32,000 nucleotides of DNA from Candidatus Syntropharchaeum caldarium. GTDB lineage: Archaea; Halobacteriota; Syntropharchaeia; Syntropharchaeales; Syntropharchaeaceae. The position numbers were made by a program, and so were the translations under genes. The notes beneath the pieces are model-generated. The model was not told the DNA's origin. It worked only from the letters and a program-made list of their open reading frames with translations, and did no database searches. Location: positions 205,254 through 237,253 of the forward strand of contig LYOS01000003.1 of the NCBI GenBank assembly GCA_001766815.1, given 5' to 3'. Shown here in pieces: positions 27,708 to 32,000 of this stretch. The stretch's first letter is position 1. Every line of letters begins with the position of its first letter.

Positions 27708-28600
27708 TTACTCACCATCGCCTGCTCATTCCGTTTGTAGTAAAATAGATATTCCTGTGCATATCCTGCATACTCACCAAAATGATCCCACGCAAAAGCA
27801 CGAAGCATATCATACTCTGATCTGGTGAGAGGTTTCTCCTTTCCTGTTTCAGGATTTATCGGGATCTCTTTCCTGAGATAGTTCTGGTACATCACCCTCC
27901 TCACCCAGAGATCAACAGGAAACGCTTTCAGTTTATTGAATGCAAATAGCGAGACGCAATCCGCAACTTTATAACCGACACCCGGTAATTTGAGGAGTTC
28001 TTCCCTTAGTTCCTCGTATCCAGGCTTCTTTAACTCTTCAAGAAGATCTGGATCATCACTGATCATTTTTGCAGTCTCAAGTAGATATTTTACACGATAA
28101 CCAACTCCACATTTTTTTAATTCATCAGGAGTGGCTTTTGCAACTACGGATGGTTCGGGGAAGACGTGAAAAGTTTTCTCATCAAAGATGATCTCATCTC
28201 CAAATCTCTCAGCAAGTGCCTTTATCCTTCTCTTAATGGCAGGGATATTTGAGTTTGTTGCAATGATATAGGAGATCAGACATTCCCATGGATCCTGTCT
28301 TATGAGTCGCAATCCATGGTGTGCCCTTATCGCCTCTTTGATGCCATCGTCTCTATCGATCAGTGAGAGAATTTCAGAGAGATCATCATCCAGGCGGAAA
28401 TAATTCACTAAAAATTCGTGATTGATGCTGTGAGGGTATGTATGAAAAAATAGGCTGTTTTTATCCTGTTTTAACCTTATGAGAACGCCGTTCACGACTC
28501 CTTCCCACCATTCACCACATTTTTCCCACCTGAAAACCTGACCACAGTTTAGCGTGTGATCCAGATTGAATGGATTGTATTTTTTGAGTTTTAGCTCCAT
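27704..28600 (-). CDS. ogg: Ogg1-type 8-oxoguanine DNA glycosylase / AP lyase (HhH-GPD superfamily)
   Basis: 298 aa. N-terminal OGG_N-like motif [10 protein letters not shown]. HhH-GPD segment [31 protein letters not shown] aligns with human OGG1 LPGVGTKVADC...VPVD, conserving the catalytic Lys and Asp. Confidence 0.85.
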   Translation of the reverse strand: MELKLKKYNPFNLDHTLNCGQVFRWEKCGEWWEGVVNGVLIRLKQDKNSLFFHTYPHSINHEFLVNYFRLDDDLSEILSLIDRDDGIKEAIRAHHGLRLIRQDPWECLISYIIATNSNIPAIKRRIKALAERFGDEIIFDEKTFHVFPEPSVVAKATPDELKKCGVGYRVKYLLETAKMISDDPDLLEELKKPGYEELREELLKLPGVGYKVADCVSLFAFNKLKAFPVDLWVRRVMYQNYLRKEIPINPETGKEKPLTRSEYDMLRAFAWDHFGEYAGYAQEYLFYYKRNEQAMVSK

Positions 28601-29347
28601 CTAATGCGTTTTCAGCACTCTGTGTGGCGTTCCGTGAGCGATCATCTCGACCGGGCATCTGTATATATCCTCGAGCATACCCAGTCCACCTTCTGTCTTA
28701 CCGTGATAGAACAACCGCCGATTCAGGCATGCGATCTCATCGATGTAGGTTGAAACAACGCTGATATCATGTGTCACAAGGACGATCGCCATCCTGTTTT
28801 TGAGATCTGCGAGCAGTTCATAGAAGTGTTTCTGCATCTCTGGATCAATGCTTGCGGTTGGCTCATCCAGAAGAAGTAGCTTCGGTTCTCTTACAAGTGC
28901 CCTTGCCATAAAAACCCGCTGTATCTCTCCACCCGAGAGTTTCCCGATCTGTCTGTCTTTAAACTCGTCCATGCCCACTGTTTCAAGTGCATCAAGCGTA
29001 ATCTCACGATCTTTCTGCGTATAACCCTTGAATATTTGCCTGTACCTTCCCATCAGGACAACGTCAAAGACGTTTATTGGAAAGTTTGGATCAAATCGTG
29101 TGTACTGAGGAATATAACCTATCAATCTCCTGCCTTCTCTGGGATCTTTTCCAAAAACTTTGACTTCGCCCTGATCTGGCCTTATTAACCCAAGAATGAC
29201 CTTCAACAATGTTGTCTTCCCACCCCCATTTGGTCCTATAACGCCAAGAAAATCATTCTGCTTTATTGTGAGCGTGACATCCTCAAGGACAGGTATTTTG
29301 CCATAATAAACCCACACATTCTTTATACTGATGATCTCCTCCGTCAT
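28601..29347 (-). CDS. znuC: Metal (Zn/Mn) ABC transporter ATPase
   Basis: 248 aa. Walker [10 protein letters not shown], signature LSGGEIQR, Walker [10 protein letters not shown] and H-loop VTHD. The C-terminus ([15 protein letters not shown]) is typical of the ZnuC/TroB group. Confidence 0.9.
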   Translation of the reverse strand: MTEEIISIKNVWVYYGKIPVLEDVTLTIKQNDFLGVIGPNGGGKTTLLKVILGLIRPDQGEVKVFGKDPREGRRLIGYIPQYTRFDPNFPINVFDVVLMGRYRQIFKGYTQKDREITLDALETVGMDEFKDRQIGKLSGGEIQRVFMARALVREPKLLLLDEPTASIDPEMQKHFYELLADLKNRMAIVLVTHDISVVSTYIDEIACLNRRLFYHGKTEGGLGMLEDIYRCPVEMIAHGTPHRVLKTH

Positions 29348-30186
29348 TCCAGCTCCAGTGCAATTTGATCTGCTATCGTCTGCATATTTGTGATATATTC
29401 AGTGGGAAGCGGATCTATAAAAAGTATCTCTCCCCCAATTTCGTCTGCGATCGTTCTTGCACCCTGTGTTGTAAATTGGGGCTCAACATATATGTATGAA
29501 AGGTTGTATCTTTTTGCCTCATCGATGCACTCCTGCAAAACCTTTGGTGTTGGCTCTTTTCCGTCACGCTCAACTGAGATCTGTGTCAGGTTGTACTCCT
29601 CTGCAAAATATCCAAATGATGGGTGGTATACCATGAAAACTCGATTTGTGTAACCGTCAAGTTTCTCATGGATGTATTCGTCGAGATCGTCAAGTCTCTG
29701 GAGATATTCATCCCTGTTTGACATGTACTCATCTGAATGGTCTGGATCAACCATGATAAGCCCTGTGTAGAAGTTCTCCACCATTTTTCTGGCGTTGATC
29801 GGTGAATTCCAGATATGTGGATCATCGTCCAGTCTCGAGATACCTCTCGAACCATCGATTACGATTATATCGGGGTTCATGGCGATGATCCTATCAAGCC
29901 ACACCTCTTCAAACTCCACGCCACTTCCCACCTTGAAGTATATCTCTGCCTCACTCACCGCTTTTAGCTGGCTCGGTGTTGGTGTATATGCGTGCGGACT
30001 CGCACCAGGCGGGATCATCACCATCACATCCACCCGTTCTCCACCCACACTCTTTACAAACTCAGCCTGGGGAGGAATGGTAACAAGCACGCCAATCTTT
30101 TCATTTTTCATTCCATCTTCGTTCACACATCCCGAAAGAGAAGAGATGAGGAGAATTACAATCATCAACAAAACTCTCTGTCTCAC
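29344..30186 (-). CDS. znuA: Cluster A-I metal-binding lipoprotein (ZnuA/TroA-like substrate-binding protein)
   Basis: Signal peptide with lipobox LSGC. Ligand-bearing motifs are [21 protein letters not shown] and IDPL. GTG start with GAGGTGA RBS. No His-rich loop. Confidence 0.85.
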   Translation of the reverse strand: MRQRVLLMIVILLISSLSGCVNEDGMKNEKIGVLVTIPPQAEFVKSVGGERVDVMVMIPPGASPHAYTPTPSQLKAVSEAEIYFKVGSGVEFEEVWLDRIIAMNPDIIVIDGSRGISRLDDDPHIWNSPINARKMVENFYTGLIMVDPDHSDEYMSNRDEYLQRLDDLDEYIHEKLDGYTNRVFMVYHPSFGYFAEEYNLTQISVERDGKEPTPKVLQECIDEAKRYNLSYIYVEPQFTTQGARTIADEIGGEILFIDPLPTEYITNMQTIADQIALELE

Positions 30187-30331
30187 AATATCACCTCGAT
30201 AAAGTTACGATTATTTTTCACAGGTGTATTCTCGTCATCGTTTGCTTAAGTTTTTTTGCCTGATGGAAAGGTTTAAAATAGATCACTGCGAGTTAGTTCA
30301 AGATATAAAACCAAACTTACAGGTGAAATAT

Positions 30332-31021
30332 TTGGCTAAGAGACAGCAAAAAGGCGTGGACAAGTGGAAGACAAAGATATGGTTCAACATCGTTGCACCC
30401 GAGATGTTCGGACGAGCTGCGGCTGGGGAGACGCCTGCAAACTCCCAGAAGCAGTTGATAGGACGAAGGATCGAAATGACGCTTGGAGATCTTATGGGAG
30501 ATCCATCCAAGCACCACATGAAGATGATCTTTGAGGTGAACGGAGTGAGCGGCGATACGGCAACCACAAAATTTATCGCACACACCATAACAAAGGACTA
30601 TATGCGGAGTCTGGTCAAACGAAAAACCTCGAAAGTGGATGCAAACGCAGTCGTGGAGACAAAGGATGGTTACAGGTTACGTGTGAAAGCATCGGCATAC
30701 ACACTCAAACGGGCAAGAAGGCGGCAGATAAAGGCAATACGGGCGATAATGCATGAGGAAGTTGTGCATCGTGCAAAGTCACTCACACTCAATGAATTCA
30801 TTCGTGAGGCTGTGCTTGGCAAACTGGCTTCTGATATTTACAGGAAAGGAAAGCAGGTTTATCCGCTAAGGAGGGTTGAGATCTACAAGACACAGGTGCT
30901 TGCAGAGCCACCAAAAAGTGAGGTAGAGGAGGAAGAGACGGTCGTTGAGGTCGAAAAACCAGCTGTCGTAGAAACCGAAATACCTGTTGAGAGTGTTGAT
31001 GTAGAGACCTCTGCCACATAA
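30332..31021 (+). CDS. rps3ae: 30S ribosomal protein S3Ae (eS1)
   Basis: Conserved N-terminus AKRQQKGVDKWKTKIWFNIVAPEMFG. TTG 30332 is preceded by AGGTGA 5 nt upstream. The ORF-track start at 30224 adds a non-conserved extension. There is an acidic 39-aa C-terminal tail. Confidence 0.92.
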   Translation: MAKRQQKGVDKWKTKIWFNIVAPEMFGRAAAGETPANSQKQLIGRRIEMTLGDLMGDPSKHHMKMIFEVNGVSGDTATTKFIAHTITKDYMRSLVKRKTSKVDANAVVETKDGYRLRVKASAYTLKRARRRQIKAIRAIMHEEVVHRAKSLTLNEFIREAVLGKLASDIYRKGKQVYPLRRVEIYKTQVLAEPPKSEVEEEETVVEVEKPAVVETEIPVESVDVETSAT

Positions 31022-31042
31022 TTTAAGTGAGTGTAATTTTAT

Positions 31043-32000
31043 ATGGAGATACGATTTCTTGGTGCGTGTGGTGAAGTAGGAAGATCCGCTTTTCTTATCA
31101 ACGATGAAATACTTCTCGATTACGGGATGAAACCATCCGATCCCCCGGAGTATCCACTCGATGGAATCAGACCCCGGAGTGTTATCATATCGCATGGGCA
31201 TCTTGATCACACCGGTATTCTCCCGAATCTGATGGATCTCAATCCTGAGATCTACATGACATCGATAACAAAGGAGATCGCATATCTTCTCGGTAAGGAC
31301 ACATTGAAGATAGAGGAACGAGAAGGTACCAGGTCATTTGAGGTTAACGATCTTCAGAAGATGTACACGAGGGCAAAGTCTATTGAATATGGAGAGGAAT
31401 TTGAGCTTAAGAACGGGAGTAGCGCGGTGTTCTTTGATGCAGGGCACATCCCAGGAAGCGCATCGGTTTATCTTTCTGAACCAGGTGCTCGTGGGGTCTC
31501 ACTCTTCTACACAGGTGATTTCAAGGATATTAACACACGCCTTCTCAATCGGAACGATGATGATTATCCATCTGCCGATATTCTGCTTGTTGAGAGCACA
31601 TACTATGGTGATAATCACCCTGACAGAGGTGAGCTTGAGAAGAAATTCATCGACTCGGTACGGGCAACGCTCGATGTGGGCGGGACTGCACTTATCCCAT
31701 GCTTTGCGATAGGCAGGACACAGGAGATTCTGATGCTCCTTCACAGATATGGAATTGATCCTGTTGTTGATGGGATGGGTGTTGAGGTTACACGACAGTT
31801 TCTATCGCTTCCAGAGTTTTTGAGGGATAGTAGATCGCTGGAAGAGGCGTTTGGGGCAGCAACCATCATCAAACGAGGTAGAGGCAGGAAAAAAGTCATA
31901 CAGGAGCCATCTGCCATTGTTACAACTGCAGGCATGTTGAATGGGGGACCTGCATTCTACTATCTGAAGAAGCTGCATGAAGATCCTGTTAGTAAGATCC
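31043..32000 (+). CDS. Metallo-beta-lactamase / beta-CASP ribonuclease (aCPSF2-like), N-terminal about 319 aa, continues beyond the window
   Basis: Absent from the supplied ORF track because no stop is reached. My own translation from ATG 31043 is uninterrupted and shows the MBL motif ISHGHLDHTG, then DAGHIPGSA, ESTYYG, beta-CASP motif A IPCFAIGRTQEIL and TTAGMLNGGP. Confidence 0.85.
   Translation, partial: MEIRFLGACGEVGRSAFLINDEILLDYGMKPSDPPEYPLDGIRPRSVIISHGHLDHTGILPNLMDLNPEIYMTSITKEIAYLLGKDTLKIEEREGTRSFEVNDLQKMYTRAKSIEYGEEFELKNGSSAVFFDAGHIPGSASVYLSEPGARGVSLFYTGDFKDINTRLLNRNDDDYPSADILLVESTYYGDNHPDRGELEKKFIDSVRATLDVGGTALIPCFAIGRTQEILMLLHRYGIDPVVDGMGVEVTRQFLSLPEFLRDSRSLEEAFGAATIIKRGRGRKKVIQEPSAIVTTAGMLNGGPAFYYLKKLHEDPVSKI

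Noticed and set aside
30224-30331. Upstream extension of the S3Ae ORF (start at 30224)
   Set aside because: The extension (MYSRHRLLKFFCLMERFK...) is non-conserved and covers the likely promoter. TTG 30332 with AGGTGA upstream gives the canonical AKRQQKG... N-terminus.
30866-31935. ORF-track entries 30866-31210 (-), 31338-31712 (+), 31499-31744 (-) and 31741-31935 (-)
   Set aside because: All overlap the uninterrupted + frame from 31043 to the window end. That frame carries MBL and beta-CASP motifs (HGHLDH, ESTYYG, IPCFAIGRTQE), and the competing ORFs have no recognisable features.

Overview
Compact, almost fully coding archaeal chromosomal segment with about 31 protein genes. By eye I found no rRNA, tRNA, CRISPR array or mobile element. 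Archaeal hallmarks are A-type ATP synthase genes, ribosomal protein eS1/S3Ae, an archaellin, a FlaI-type ATPase, a RecJ/GAN-like DHH nuclease, TATA/BRE-type promoters and GGTGA/GGAGG ribosome-binding sites. GyrB plus proteins resembling methanogenesis markers 12 and 8 suggest a Methanosarcinales/ANME-like euryarchaeon; this is inference, not verified. Layout: argJ (partial, +); FlaI-like ATPase (-); a + block 2603-10386 with Mmp12-like, atpH-E-F-A-B-D, mrp and a DUF2099/Mmp8-like gene; wHTH + 7TM pair (-); archaellin (+); recJ-like, gyrB, rpiA (-); small lipoprotein (+); ferredoxin and hbd (-); ppdK (+); a - block 30186-21222 with znuA-znuC-ogg-znuB-cbiO-like, PAS kinase, REC-kinase and epimerase; then rps3ae and a beta-CASP nuclease (+). 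The beta-CASP gene runs off the window and is missing from the supplied ORF track. The content is mostly housekeeping and I see no convincing novel multi-gene system. Points worth a second look: (1) an ATP synthase operon encoding only A1/stalk subunits, with no I, K or C genes, chained to an Fe-S carrier ATPase and marker-like proteins; (2) a metal ABC operon with an Ogg1-type DNA glycosylase wedged between znuC and znuB, plus a second CbiO-type ATPase with an alternating-histidine tail; (3) a translationally coupled 7TM + winged-helix pair next to an orphan archaellin; (4) an orphan FlaI-type ATPase without a FlaJ partner; (5) short exact motifs shared between intergenic promoters. All homology calls come from motif recognition by eye; no searches were run.
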